From the NCBI RefSeq assembly GCF_037042905.1, contig NC_087251.1, forward strand, positions 29,018,001 to 29,082,000: a stretch of 64,000 nucleotides of DNA, read 5' to 3'. A program made the position numbers and the translations under genes. A model generated the notes under the pieces. The model was given only the letters and a program-made list of their open reading frames with translations. It was not told the DNA's origin and did no database searches. Origin of the DNA: Lytechinus pictus (Eukaryota). This document shows, one piece after another, positions 15,001-28,039 of this stretch. Every line of letters begins with the position of its first letter. Within the stretch, counting starts at the first letter, position 1.

Positions 15001-18000
15001 GAAACCCCCCCAAATCAGCCGTCTTCGCTCCTTGGGATGTTTTAGCATCCTAACCGATTATTACAGCTAGAATCAAGAGGATCCAGGGAGTTTGAATTTT
15101 CGACCCCCTCGCTCCACCTGCGACATGGAAAATTTGGCAAAATTTGCCAAAATTGAGCAAAATAATATTTGTTCAGTATTTCCCCCGAAACTCCCCCAAA
15201 TCAGCCGTCTTTGCTCCCTGGAATGTTTTAGTATCCTAACCGATTATTACAGCGAGAATCAACAGGATCCAGGGGGTTTGAATTTTCGACCCCCTCGCCC
15301 CACCCGCGACATGGAAAATTGGGCAAAATTGGCCAAAATTGAGCAAAATAATATTTGTTCAATATTCCCCCCGAAACCCCCCCAAATCAGCCGTCTTCGC
15401 TCCCTGGGATGTTTTAGCATCCTAACCGATTATTACAGCGAGAATCAAGAGGATCCAGGGAGTTTGAATTTTCGACCCTATTGCCCCACCCGTGACATGG
15501 AAAATTGGGCAAAATTGGCCAAAATTGAGCAAAATAATATTTGTTTAATATTTCCCCCGAAACCCCCCCAAATCAGCCGTCTTCGGCTCCCTGGGATGTT
15601 TTAGCATCCTAACCGATTATTACAGCGAGAATCAACAGGATCCAGGGAGTTTGAATTTTCGACCCCCTTGCCCCACCTGCGGCATGGAAAATTTGGCAAA
15701 ATTGGCCAAAATTGAGCAAAATAATATTTGTTAAATATTTCCCCCGAAAACCCCCCAAATCAGCCGTCTTCGCTCCCTGGGATGTTTTAGCATCCTAACC
15801 GATTATTACAGCGAGAATCAACAGGATCCAGGGAGTTTGAATTTTCGACCCCATTGCCCCACCCGCGACATGGAAAATTGGGCAAAATTTGCCAAAATTG
15901 AGCAAAATAATATTTGTTCAATATTTCCCCCGAAACCCCCCCAAATCAGCCGTCTTCGCTCCCTGGGATATTTTAGCATCCTAACCGATTATTACAGCGA
16001 GAATCAAGAGGATCCAGGGAGTTTGAATTTTCGACCCCCTCGCCCCATCCGCGACATGGAAAATTGGGCAAAATTGGCCAAATAGAGCAAAATAATATTT
16101 GTTCAATATTTCCCCCGAAACCCCCCCAAATCAGCCGTCTTCGCTCCCTGGGATGTTTTAGCATCCTAACCGATTATTACAGCGAGAATCAAGAGGATCC
16201 AGGGAGTTTGAATTTTCGACCCCCTCGCCCCACCCGCGACATGGAAAATTGGGCAAAATTGGCCAAATAGAGCAAAATAATATTTGTTCAATATTTCCCC
16301 CGAAACCCCCCCAAATCAGCCGTCTTCGCTCCTTGGGATGTTTTAGCATCCTAACCGATTATTACAGCTAGAATCAAGAGGATCCAGGGAGTTTGAATTT
16401 TCGACCCCCTCGCTCCACCTGCGACATGGAAAATTTGGCAAAATTTGCCAAAATTGAGCAAAATAATATTTGTTCAGTATTTCCCCCGAAACTCCCCCAA
16501 ATCAGCCGTCTTTGCTCCCTGGAATGTTTTAGTATCCTAACCGATTATTACAGCGAGAATCAACAGGATCCAGGGGGTTTGAATTTTCGACCCCCTCGCC
16601 CAACCCGCGACATGGAAAATTGGGCAAAATTGGCCAAAATTGAGCAAAATAATATTTGTTTAATATTTCCCCTGAAACCCCCCCAAATCAGCCGTCTTCG
16701 CTCCCTGGGATGTTTTAGCATCCTAACCGATTATTACAGCGAGAATCAAGAGAATCAAGAGGATCCAGGGAGTTTGAATTTTCGACCCCCTCGCCCCACC
16801 CGCGACATGGAAAATTTGGCAAAATTGGCCAAAATTGAGCAAAATAATATTTGTTCAATATTTCCCCCGAAACCCCCCCAAATCAGCCGTCTTCGCTCCC
16901 TGGGATGTTTTAGCATCCTAACCGATTATTACAGCGAGAATCAAGAGGATCCAGGTAGTTTGAATTTTCGACCCCCTCGCCCCACCCGCGACATGGAAAA
17001 TTGGGCAAAATTTGCCAAAATTGAGCAAAATAATATTTGTTCAATATTTCCCCCGAAACCCCCCCAAATCAGACGTCTTCGCTCCCTGGAATGTTTTAGC
17101 ATCCTAACCGATTATTACATCGAGAATCAAGAGGATCCAGGGAGTTTGAATTTTCGACCCCCTCACCCCACCCACGACATGGAAAATTGGGCAAAATTGG
17201 CCAAAATTGAGCAAAATAATATTTGTTCAATATTTCCCCCGAAACCCCCCCAAATAAGCCGTCTTCACTCCCTGGGATGTTTTAGCATCCTAACCGATTA
17301 TTACAGCGAGAATCAACAGGATCCAGGGAGTTTGAATTTTCGACCCCCTCGCCCCACCCGCGACATGGAAAATTGGGCAAAATTGAGCAAAATAACATTT
17401 GTTAAATATTTCCCCCGAAAACCCCCCAAATCAGCCGTCTTCGCTCCCTGGGATGTTTTAGCATCCTAACCGATTATTACAGCGAGAATCAACAGGATCC
17501 AGGGAGTTTGAATTTTCGACCCCCTCGCCCCACCCGCGACATGGAAAATTGGGCAAAATTGGCCAAAATTGAGCAAAATAACATTTGTTAAATATTTCCC
17601 CCGAAAACCCTCCAAATCAGCCGTCTTTGCTCCCTGGGATGTTTTAGCATCCTAACCGATTATTACAGCGAGAATCAACAGGATCCAGGGAGTTTGAATT
17701 TTCGACCCCCTCGCCCCAACCGCGACATGGAAAATTGGGCAAAATTGGCCAAACTTGAGCAAAATAATATTTGTTCAATATTTCCCCCGAAACCCCCCCA
17801 AATCAGCCGTCTTCGCTCCCTGGGATGTTTTAGCATCCTAACAGATTATTACAGCGAGAATCAAGAGGATCCAGGAAGTTTGAATTTTCGACCCCCTCGC
17901 CCCACCCGCGATATGGAAAATTTGGCAAAATTGGCCAAAATTGAGCAAAATAATATTTGTTCAATATTCCCCCCGAAACCCCCCCAAATCAGCCGTCTTC

Positions 18001-21000
18001 GCTCCCTGGGATGTTTTAGCATCCTAACCGATTATTACAGCGAGAATCAAGAGGATCCAGGGAGTTTGAATTTTCGACCCCATTGCCCCACCCGCGACAT
18101 GGAAAATTGGGCAAAATTGGCCAAAATTGAGCAAAATAATATTTGTTTAATATTTCCCCCGAAACCCCCCCAAATCAGCCGTCTTCGCTCCCTGGGATGT
18201 TTTAGCATCCTAACCGATTATTACAGCGAGAATCAACAGGATCCAGGGAGTTTGAATTTTCGACCCCCTTGCCCCACCCGCGGCATGGAAAATTTGGCAA
18301 AATTGGCCAAAATTGAGCAAAATAACATTTGTTAAATATTTCCCCCGAAAACCCCCCCAAATCAGCCGTCTTCGCTCCCTGGGATGTTTTAGCATCCTAA
18401 CCGATTATTACAGCGAGAATCAACAGGATCCAGGGAGTTTGAATTTTCGACCCCCTCGCCCCACCCGCGACATGGAAAATTGGGCAAAATTGGCCAAAAT
18501 TGAGCAAAATAATATTTGTTCAATATTTCCCCCGAAACCCCCCCAAATTAGCCGTCTTCCCTCCCTGGGATGTTTTAGCATCCTAACTGATTATTACAGC
18601 GAGAATCAAGAGGATCCAGGGAGTTTGAATTTTCGACCCCCTCGCCCCACCCGCGACATGGAAAATTGGGCAAAATTGGCCAAATAGAGCAAAATAATAT
18701 TTGTTCAATATTTCCCCCGAAACCCCCCCAAATCAGCCGTCTTCGCTCCTTGGGATGTTTTAGCATCCTAACCGATTATTACAGCTAGAATCAAGAGGAT
18801 CCAGGGAGTTTGAATTTTCGACCCCCTCGCTCCACCTGCGACATGGAAAATTTGCCAAAATTGAGCAAAATACTATTTGTTCAGTATTTCCCCCGAAACT
18901 CCCCCAAATCAGCCGTCTTTGCTCCCTGGAATGTTTTAGTATCCTAACCGATTATTACAGCGAGAATCAACAGGATCCAGGGAGTTTGAATTTTCGACCC
19001 CCTCGCCCCACCCGCGACATGGAAAATTGGGCAAAATTGGCCAAAATTGAGCAAAATAATATTTGTTTAATATTTCCCCCGAAACCCCCCCAAATCAGCC
19101 GTCTTCGCTCCCTGGGATGTTTTAGCATCCTAACCGATTATTACAGCGAGAATCAAGAGAATCAAGAGGATCCAGGGAGTTTGAATTTTCGACCCCCTCG
19201 CCCCACCCGCGACATGGAAAATTTGGCAAAATTGGCCAAAATTGAGCAAAATAACATTTGTTAAATATTTCCCCCGAAAACCCCCCAAATCAGCCGTCTT
19301 CGCTCCCTGGGATGTTTTAGCATCCTAACCGATTATTACAGCGAGAATCAAGAGGATCCAGGGAGTTTGAATTTTCGACCCCATTGCCCCACCCGCGACA
19401 TGGAAAATTGGGCAAAATTGGCCAAAATTGAGCAAAATAATATTTGTTCAATATTTCCCCCGAAACCCCCCCAAATCAGCCGTCTTCGCTCCCTGGGATG
19501 TTTTAGCATCCTAACCGATTATTACAGCGAGAATCAAGAGGATCCAGGGAGTTTGAATTTTCGACCCCCTCGCCCCACCCGCGACATGGAAAATTGGGCA
19601 AAATTGGCCAAATAGAGCAAAATAATATTTGTTCAATATTTCCCCCGAAACCCCCCCAAATCAGCCGTCTTTGCTCCCTGGAATGTTTTAGCATCCTAAC
19701 TGATTATTACAGCGAGAATCAAGAGGATCCAGTGAGTTTGAATTTTCGACCCCCTCGCCCCACCCGCGACATGGAAAATCGGGCAAAATTGGCAAAAATT
19801 GAGCAAAATAATATTTGTTCAATATTTCCCCCGAAACCCCCCCAAATCAGCCGTCTTCACTCCCTGGGATGTTTAAGCATCCTAACCGATAATTACAGCG
19901 AGACTCATGAGGATCCAGGGAGTTTGAATTTTTGACCCCCTCGCCCCACCCGCGACATGGAAAATTGGGCAAAATTGGCCAAAATTGAGCAAAATAATAT
20001 TTGTTCAATATTTCCCCCGAAACCCCCCCAAATCAGCCGTCTTCGCTCCCTGGGATGTTTTAGCATCCTAACCGATTATTACAGCGAGAATCAAGAGAAT
20101 CAAGAGGATCCAGGGAGTTTGAATTTTCGACCTCCTCGCCCCACCCGCGACACGGAAAATTTGGGAAAATTGGCCAAAATTGAGCAAAATAATATTTGTT
20201 CAATATTTCCCCCGAAACCCCCCCAAATCAGCCGTCTTCGCTCCCTGGGATGTTTTAGCATCCTAACCGATTATTACAGCGAGAATCAAGAGGATCCAGG
20301 GAGTTTGAATTTTCGACCCCATTGCCCCACCCGCGACATGGAAAATTGGGCAAAATTGGCCAAAATTGAGCAAAATAATATTTGTTTAATATTTCCCCCG
20401 AAACCCCCCCAAATCAGCCGTCTTCGCTCCCTGGGATGTTTTAGCATCCTAACCGATTATTACAGCGAGAATCAACAGGATCCAGGGAGTTTGAATTTTC
20501 GACCCCCTCGCCCCACTTGCGGCATGGAAAATTTGGCAAAATTGGCCAAAATTGAGCAAAATAACATTTGTTAAATATTTCCCCCGAAAACCCCCCAAAT
20601 CAGCCGTCTTCGCTCCCTGGGATGTTTTAGCATCCTAACCGATTATTACAGCGAGAATCAACAGGATCCAGGGAGTTTGAATTTTCGACCCCCTCGCCCC
20701 ACCCGCGACATGGAAAATTGGACAAAATTGGCCAAAATTGAGCAAAATAATATTTGTTCAATATTTCCCCCGAAACCCCCCCAAATCAGCCGTCTTCGCT
20801 CCCTGGGATGTTTTAGCATCCTAACCGATTATTACAGCGAGAATCAAGAGGATCCAGGGAGTTTGAATTTTCGACCCCCTCGCCCCACCCGCGACATGGA
20901 AAATTGGGCAAAATTGGCCAAATAGAGCAAAATAATATTTGTTCAATATTTCCCCCGAAACCCCCCCAAATCAGCCGTCTTTGCTCCCTGGAATGTTTTA

Positions 21001-23235
21001 GCATCCTAACTGATTATTACAGCGAGAATCAAGAGGATCCAGTGAGTTTGAATTTTCGACCCCCTCGCCCCACCCGCGACATGGAAAATCGGGCAAAATT
21101 GGCAAAAATTGAGCAAAATAATATTTGTTCAATATTTCCCCCGAAACCCCCCCCAAATTAGCCGTCTTCACTCCCTGGGATGTTTAAGCATCCTAACCGA
21201 TTATTACAGCGAGACTCATGAGGATCCAGGGAGTTTGAATTTTTGACCCCCTCGCCCCACCCGCGACATGGAAAATTGGGCAAAATTGGCCAAAATTGAG
21301 CAAAATAATATTTGTTCAATATTTCCCCCGAAACCCCCCCAAATCAGCCGTCTTCGCTCCCTGGGATGTTTTAGCATCCTAACCGATTATTACAGCGAGA
21401 ATCAAGAGGATCCAGGGAGTTTGAATTTTCGACCCCCTCGCCCCACCCGCGACATGGAAAATTGGGCAAATTTGGCCAAAATTGAGCAAAATAATATTTG
21501 TTCAATATTTCCCCCGAAACCCCCCCAAATCAGCCGTCTTCGCTCCCTGGGATGTTTTAGCATCCTAACCGATTATTACAGCGAGAATCAAGAGAATCAA
21601 GAGGATCCAGGGAGTTTGAATTTTCGACCCCCTCGCCCCACCCGCGACATGGAAAATTTGGGAAAATTGGCCAAAATTGAGCAAAATAATATTTGTTCAA
21701 TATTTCCCCCGAAACCCCCCCAAATCAGCCGTCTTCGTTCCCTGGGATGTTTTAGCATCTTAACCGATTATTACAGCGAGAATCAAGAGGATCCAGGGAG
21801 TTTGAATTTTCGACCCCATTGCCCCACCCGCGACATGGAAAATTGGGCAAAATTGGCCAAAATTGAGCAAAATAATATTTGTTTAATATTTCCCCCGAAA
21901 CCCCCCCAAATCAGCCGTCTTCGCTCCCTGGGATGTTTTAGCATCCTAACCGATTATTACAGCGAGAATCAACAGGATCCAGGGAGTTTGAATTTTCGAC
22001 CCCCTCGCCCCACCCGCGACATGGAAAATTGGGCAAAATTGGCCAAAATTGAGCAAAATAACATTTGTTAAATATTTCCCCCGAAAACCCTCCAAATCAG
22101 CCGTCTTTGCTCCCTGGGATGTTTTAGCATCCTAACCGATTATTACAGCGAGAATCAACAGGATCCAGGGAGTTTGAATTTTCGACCCCCTCGCCCCACC
22201 CGCGACATGGAAAATTGGGCAAAATTGGCCAAACTTGAGCAAAATAATATTTGTTCAATATTTCCCCCGAAACCCCCCCAAATCAGCCGTCTTCGCTCCC
22301 TGGGATGTTTTAGCATCCTAACAGATTATTACAGCGAGAATCAAGAGGATCCAGGGAGTTTGAATTTTCGACCCCCTCGCCCCACCCGCGACATGGAAAA
22401 TTGGGCAAAATTGGCCAAAATTGAGCAAAATAATATTTGTTCAATATTTCCCCAGAAACCCCCCCAAATCAGCCGTCTTCGCTCCCTGGGATGTTTTAGC
22501 ATCCTAACAGATTATTACAGCGAGAATCAAGAGGATCCAGGGAGTTTGAATTTTCGACCCCCTCGCCCCACCCGCGACATGGAAAATTGGGCAAAATTGG
22601 CCAAAATTGAGCAATATAATATTTGTTCAATATTTCCCCCGAAACCCCCCCAAATCAGCCGTCTTCGCTCCCTGGGATGTTTTAGCATCCTAACCGATTA
22701 TTACAGCGAGAATCAAGAGGATCCAGGGAGTTTGAATTTTCGACCCCCTCGCCCCACCCGCGACATGGAAAATTGGGCAAAATTGGCCAAAATTGAGCAA
22801 AATAATATTTGTTCAATATTTCCCCCGAAACCCCCCCAAATCAGCCGTCTTTGCTCCCTGGGATGTTTAAGCATCCTAACCGATTATTACAGCGAGAATC
22901 AAGAGGATCCAGGGAGTTTGAATTTTCGACCCCCTCGCCCAACCCGCGACATGGAAAATTGGCCAAAATTGAGCAAAATAATATTTGTTCAATATTTCCC
23001 CCGAAACCCCCCCCCCAAATCAGCCGTCTTTGCTCCCTGGGATGTTTTAGCATCCTAACCGATTATTACAGCGAGAATCAAGATGATCCAGGGAGTTTGA
23101 ATTTTCGACCCCCTCGCCCCACCCGCGACATGGAAAATTGGGCAAAATTGGCCAAAATTGAGAAAAATAATTTTTGTTTAATATTGCCCCTGAAACCCCC
23201 CCAAATCAGCCGTCTTCGCTCCCTGGGATGTTTTA
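1..23235 (+). repeat. Satellite array A, ~186-bp monomer (~125 copies; continues beyond the window start)
   Basis: Head-to-tail repeats of AATTTTCGACCCCCTCGCCCCACCCGCGACATGGAAAATTGGGCAAAATTGGCCAAAATTGAGCAAAATAATATTTGTTCAATATTTCCCCCGAAACCCCCCCAAATCAGCCGTCTTCGCTCCCTGGGATGTTTTAGCATCCTAACCGATTATTACAGCGAGAATCAAGAGGATCCAGGGAGTTTG. Length variants are 176, 185, 195 and 196 bp. The array ends abruptly at ...GGATGTTTTA|CATG. Confidence 0.98.
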
Positions 23236-25395
23236 CATGTAGGATTTATAGGAAAGAAAATTGTAGGCCCTATAATTCTATATACAAAACATAGGGATTT
23301 TCTTCATTTCAAATTGCCAAGTTTTTTTTCTAAAAACAACACCCCTTTAATAATTGATCTAAAAATCCTCTTTACAGTAAATAGGTAAAAGAAATAGAAT
23401 ACAGTACGAAAAATTCTTCATAATAGTCACCAAGAGAATTTCAATTATCATGGTTATTTTTATCCACAGATCAGAAACCAAATCCTGTAGTTACCGGTAA
23501 TGGAAATGCTTTTTCTCCATAGAAAAGGCATTTGATAAGGTATTTAACCTGTAAAACAAATCAAAGTACTAAAATGTGTGCTACATCCTCAGAAGTGTAT
23601 TAAACTTATCAAACAGTTAGCTTGTCTACAGGGCAGCGGCCAGCTCTCAGAGAATACATTCAAATCAGAAAACACAAAAGAGGATACATAAATCTATTTT
23701 TTGTTGACTGCCTGTTCAACTTATTGTTTTTGTTAAAAATTGGAAGATGCTAAAATATCCATCAAAGAGGTACGTTAATATCTATATTAGATATTAACAT
23801 ACAATATAGTCATCAGTCTTATCAGACAGTGTTTGACTTAATTAATTCAGTGTGTTTTTTTTTCTTTTATTCCCCTTCTTTCCCTTCCTGTTCAGTAGTC
23901 TCCAGTCTTCGTTAGCACAGAGGGTGACCCAGGATTTTGTGAATTATATTATCACCTTTATTACACACCAACCACTTCGGGTTTTTTTTTAAACAAAGAG
24001 GGACCCCCCACTCACTTCTAGGGTCTTATACTTTACATGTTATTGTAGTGCACATCTACCAACTGATAAATCTTGACTAGATCTAGGCCTCTACCCCTGG
24101 CAATAGAAAACAGTATTATAATATATTAGAGCTACACTACCCTATTCCATAGCTCTATCATAAACCCAGGGGGCTCCACCACCGAAAGCGAAGGCAGCGG
24201 AGGCCCCATCTCCCGAAGGTCTAAGTTAGAACCTACACATGTACATGTACTGGATTCTATTTGAATTTTAATGTCAGAGTTAAAAAGTCAGGTTTAAGAT
24301 AAGACATAGAAGAGATCTAGAGTAACATTTGTGGTTCTAGTAGATCTATAATGTTAGCTTACTAATGATGTAAAGACAGTTTCAATCTTGGGCCCTAGAA
24401 TAGACTAATTACAAGCGATTGATCGTATTGCCTGAGCTAGATATCTATCCTAGATCTCTTGTATTGCTAAACTAGATTAGGTCCCGCATTAGGTCTCGAT
24501 TTTGATCTATAAAGCATGAATGGAAGGAGCCCCAGCCAGACCCAGTCCAGGGGCAGGGCTGCACCACCCCATTCCCTGGCCAGGACCAAGGTCCAAACCG
24601 GGGTAGGCCTAGACTAAAGTAGTAATGCCGGGCCAGCTCAGCTCATCCAAAATTTCTTAGATCAACAAGACAACAGTTAGATATAGACTAAGTCTAAATT
24701 AGATGCTAAGTCCTAGATAGAAAACTATCTACTGTAAATCTAGACTAGGAGTTAAAAGGGGCCAAGCAAGTAGGCCTACTTGCTAGGGCCTGGCCCTGCA
24801 TGGCCATGCCTATTTCATGCTTTTTAAATCTCCGAACAGTTACATAGATAGGCTCAGCCCAACTTATTTAGGCCTGTGCTAGGCCCTAACTTCCGGCTAG
24901 GCCTAGAAATAGTCGAGGGCCTGGCTCTAACGGTCAGTGAGTGATAGAGTAAATTTTGTATAGACTCTAAAGAGAGGGTCTAACAGTTAGTCTAATCTAG
25001 ACTAGGCCTAACGTTGGAACTTAGATCTATTAGGCTGGGTTAGGGAGGAGGGAGCAACAAATTTCTAAATTAATTAATTTGAATATATTTGGTTAGTATG
25101 ATCAGATGTCAAAGTGGAATTTGGCCTAGTCTAATATTAAAGAAAGTTATGATGTTTCAAATACAGTGATAGATAGATCAACAGAAAACAACACCACAAA
25201 TGCTTAATTTAACGTTACTCGTTAGACAATGACTAATAAGATAGAATTGACACAGATTTTATTCAAGATCTATTCTATTTCTAATCCCCAAAACTTCTTT
25301 AGATTTGCACTATCAACATTACACAAATAATTAAAATTATACGCCTGGCTTGCATCAGACTTGCTAGAGAGCATAAGACATAAATCGATCATTAC

Positions 25396-25604
25396 CCATT
25401 CAACAAAACTCCATGAACGACAGTCCTGCCAAATCTCGTCTTAGCAGCATATTCTTCATCGGTATGCAGAGGATTTGTGTCGCCCGAGAGTTCGGCGAAG
25501 AGAAGCACCTCTTCTCCGCTAAACGTCCTGGAGAGAGCGGCTTTATTTCCCTTTTGAAACCATAGCAAGACACTTGATCCTGACGCGTACATTCTTGAAA
25601 ACAT
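25396..25604 (-). CDS. HTD2: Coding exon of a MaoC/hot-dog-fold hydroxyacyl-thioester dehydratase type 2 (mitochondrial FAS II)-like gene; partial
   Basis: Translation ...RTFSGEEVLLFAELSGDTNPLHTDEEYAAKTRFGRTVVHGVLLNG carries the hydratase-2 motif (SGDxNPLHxDxxxA...FG..vHG). The frame ends at GG|GTAATG, a phase-2 splice donor at 25395. A possible acceptor TTTTATATAG|G at 25651 would extend the exon in frame upstream. Confidence 0.85.
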
Positions 25605-26067
25605 GAAGCTGCATCTTTGGAATGATTTGAAAGGGTGGAGAAGACATGTTCCTATATAAAAGACTAAATTAACGCAGAAAACCTAAATTTATTCCGGCTC
25701 GAACTCAGACAAAACTCGTTTCTGTGTTGACTCAAGCAGACTGCCCTCTGTTGACTGAATCCGTGAATTCTAAGGGGAATTCCCGTTCCGACGACGATCA
25801 ATAATCAATGGTTAGAATGATGATTTTCATGTGAGAAATACAGACATATGATAAACGAAGAGAGATCAATCGCAGGACCATGTGACTCGGAAAAGTTCAC
25901 TAGATAGATGGCGCATTGTTGTATTTACTATTTTAAAAAAAATCAGATTTATGTTAGTTGTCTTCATAGAGCAATACCACAACATATACCCTCTAAACAA
26001 AAAGAACGCCTTTATTTTACGTGTGTATATGGAAATGCCCCTGTGAAATTGCAAACAAAGATATTCG

Positions 26068-26247
26068 CAGGGGCCGCGGAACCGGGGAGGCTGGGGGGGG
26101 GGGGGCTGAAGCCACTTTTTTCCAAAACCGTGTACAAAAACGTAAAAATGACCATACGATTGTGATTTTTAGCATGGTCAGCCCCCCCCCCCCACTTTTG
26201 GCTCAGCCCCCCCCCCCCCCACTTTGAAAACCGTTCCGCGGCCCCTG
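26068..26247. mobile_element. 180-bp MITE with CAG...CTG ends (hAT-like, non-autonomous)
   Basis: 15-bp TIR CAGGGGCCGCGGAAC / GTTCCGCGGCCCCTG. Flanked by direct repeat ATTCG (26063-26067, 26248-26252). Internal poly-G and poly-C tracts. Confidence 0.85.
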
Positions 26248-26890
26248 ATTCGTACAGTCCAACATAAAGGGAAAATGTTCGATATAGACTAGAGTTCTGA
26301 TTGATATAATTGTGATGGAAACTAAGTTCATAAAAACAAATTTTGTGACTGGTAAAATAAAGTGTGGCTATAAAAAGAATTACGATTTAATAATACAAAA
26401 ATTTGTAAAATCAACTTTTATATATATTTTCTCATTCTTGATGAATTTCAACTTTCAAAGGAAAATCAAATTATTCTAATACTTATTTAAAGGATATGAT
26501 GGATAAGTGTTTCAACAACGAGGGGTGTTTGGCGTCAGTATGAAGTAGAATTTTATAATTTGATATTAATTGCTATACCCTGAGATAGTCAGCGAACAGA
26601 TACTAAAAAATGATTAATCAACAAACACAGAGAATATCCGGATTTTTTAAAAATAGATACATTCGTTGAGTCGACATAGATGGTTCACATAAATCGGAAA
26701 GATTGAATAAATTGCAAATAATTATTCAATTATTTATGAATTGTTTCAGTTGTAAAACATATCGATAATGAAATTTTAGATTGATTAATTCGTATATTCT
26801 ACAAATTAGTGACTAAAAATACTGATTCATTAAAATCTAGTGACGATAAATCAATTCAGAGGAAACATTACATTTTGAATTGTGTAGTTG

Positions 26891-27278
26891 TGTAGTGATA
26901 TGAATAACAGGTGCAGGCATAACTCTTGGGCATACATGTAGAGCCTGAAGTGAATTGTATTGTATGCCTGTATTGTATGACAGCACCAGGCAAGGTGCTT
27001 ATGAATAGAAACATTCTTGGTTTGGTTTATATGAGGCGTGTCCTGAACAGGACCATTGATACATGTATGTATTGAGAGAGTAGACAAGATGTACCATGCT
27101 AAGTAACCTGGCAGTTGACTCTTCATGCTCTTGTACATGTAGTTGTATGTGAACTCGGTTCTTGTAAAGTCTGAAGACTATATTGGAGTTAAAAGCTGAA
27201 TAAAGTGAATATCAAAATAACTTTCTGATCTGTATCGTTATTTTGTTCCCCGTCTATTTAAACTGGTAGTACGGATGG
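26891..27278 (+). mobile_element. Possible degenerate LTR plus primer-binding site
   Basis: Starts TGTAGTGATATG, has AATAAA at 27199, then TGGTAGTACGGATGG at 27264, which resembles the tRNA-iMet PBS (TGGTAGCAGAGGATGG). No clean CA end, no second LTR and no gag ORF are seen. Confidence 0.3.
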
Positions 27279-28039
27279 GGTCTGAAACTGGATAAAAACT
27301 CCTTGTTTTCAGACAATGTTTCTTCAGTACAATGGCATTGGTGTTCTGTCTCCATGATTGCAACAAATATGGGAATATACAAGAAACTGCTACTGTGTCC
27401 ATACAACTCGGATAACTAGTGAGGATAGAATGCTTTTATGGAAGGCATATAGTGACTATTTATCGCTCCTGCATGCACTGCGTTACTAAAGAGTCATGAC
27501 AACATGTCAGATGGTGCTGTAGCTGAAGTGGAGAAGCCTCCAGGCTAGTCAAGTGGTACAGTAACATCTATCCTCTGTGTCTGCAATATCAACTATCTAA
27601 GGTGGAACTGGAAGTTGCAGTTACGGAATACCGGTGATGTTTACTACTTCTTTTTGAGACTGAGAGTAAATTCTTCGTTCTGTGAAAAGCATTTGCTGAC
27701 TGAGGAGCCCAGCAGAATTTGTTTGAGCTGTCCTAGCTGTTTCGTCATCTAGAGAGTAGCGTGGATATTTAGGGAAGATAAAAATGGTATTTGACCCCAT
27801 TGAACTATGGAACGCGGAAAGGCTAAAATTTGATCACTGTCACTTTTGATTTGATGGACCTCCGTACCAGCCATCATCAAATCAAGTGCAGCCATCAGTA
27901 AATCAAAAGTGGCCATCATCATATCAATTTTCAGCATCATATCCCTCTGTACCAGCCATCATCAAATCAGTTTCTAACATCAAATCAATGTTGTCCTTTC
28001 GGCGTTCCTGATGTGCGCGCCAAAAGGACACCTGTAAGT

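Noticed and set aside
110..23294. Long repetitive ORFs (up to 406 aa) in satellite A
   Set aside because: The 186-bp monomer is a multiple of 3 with one stop-free frame. Frequent frameshifts and stops among copies show no coding constraint.
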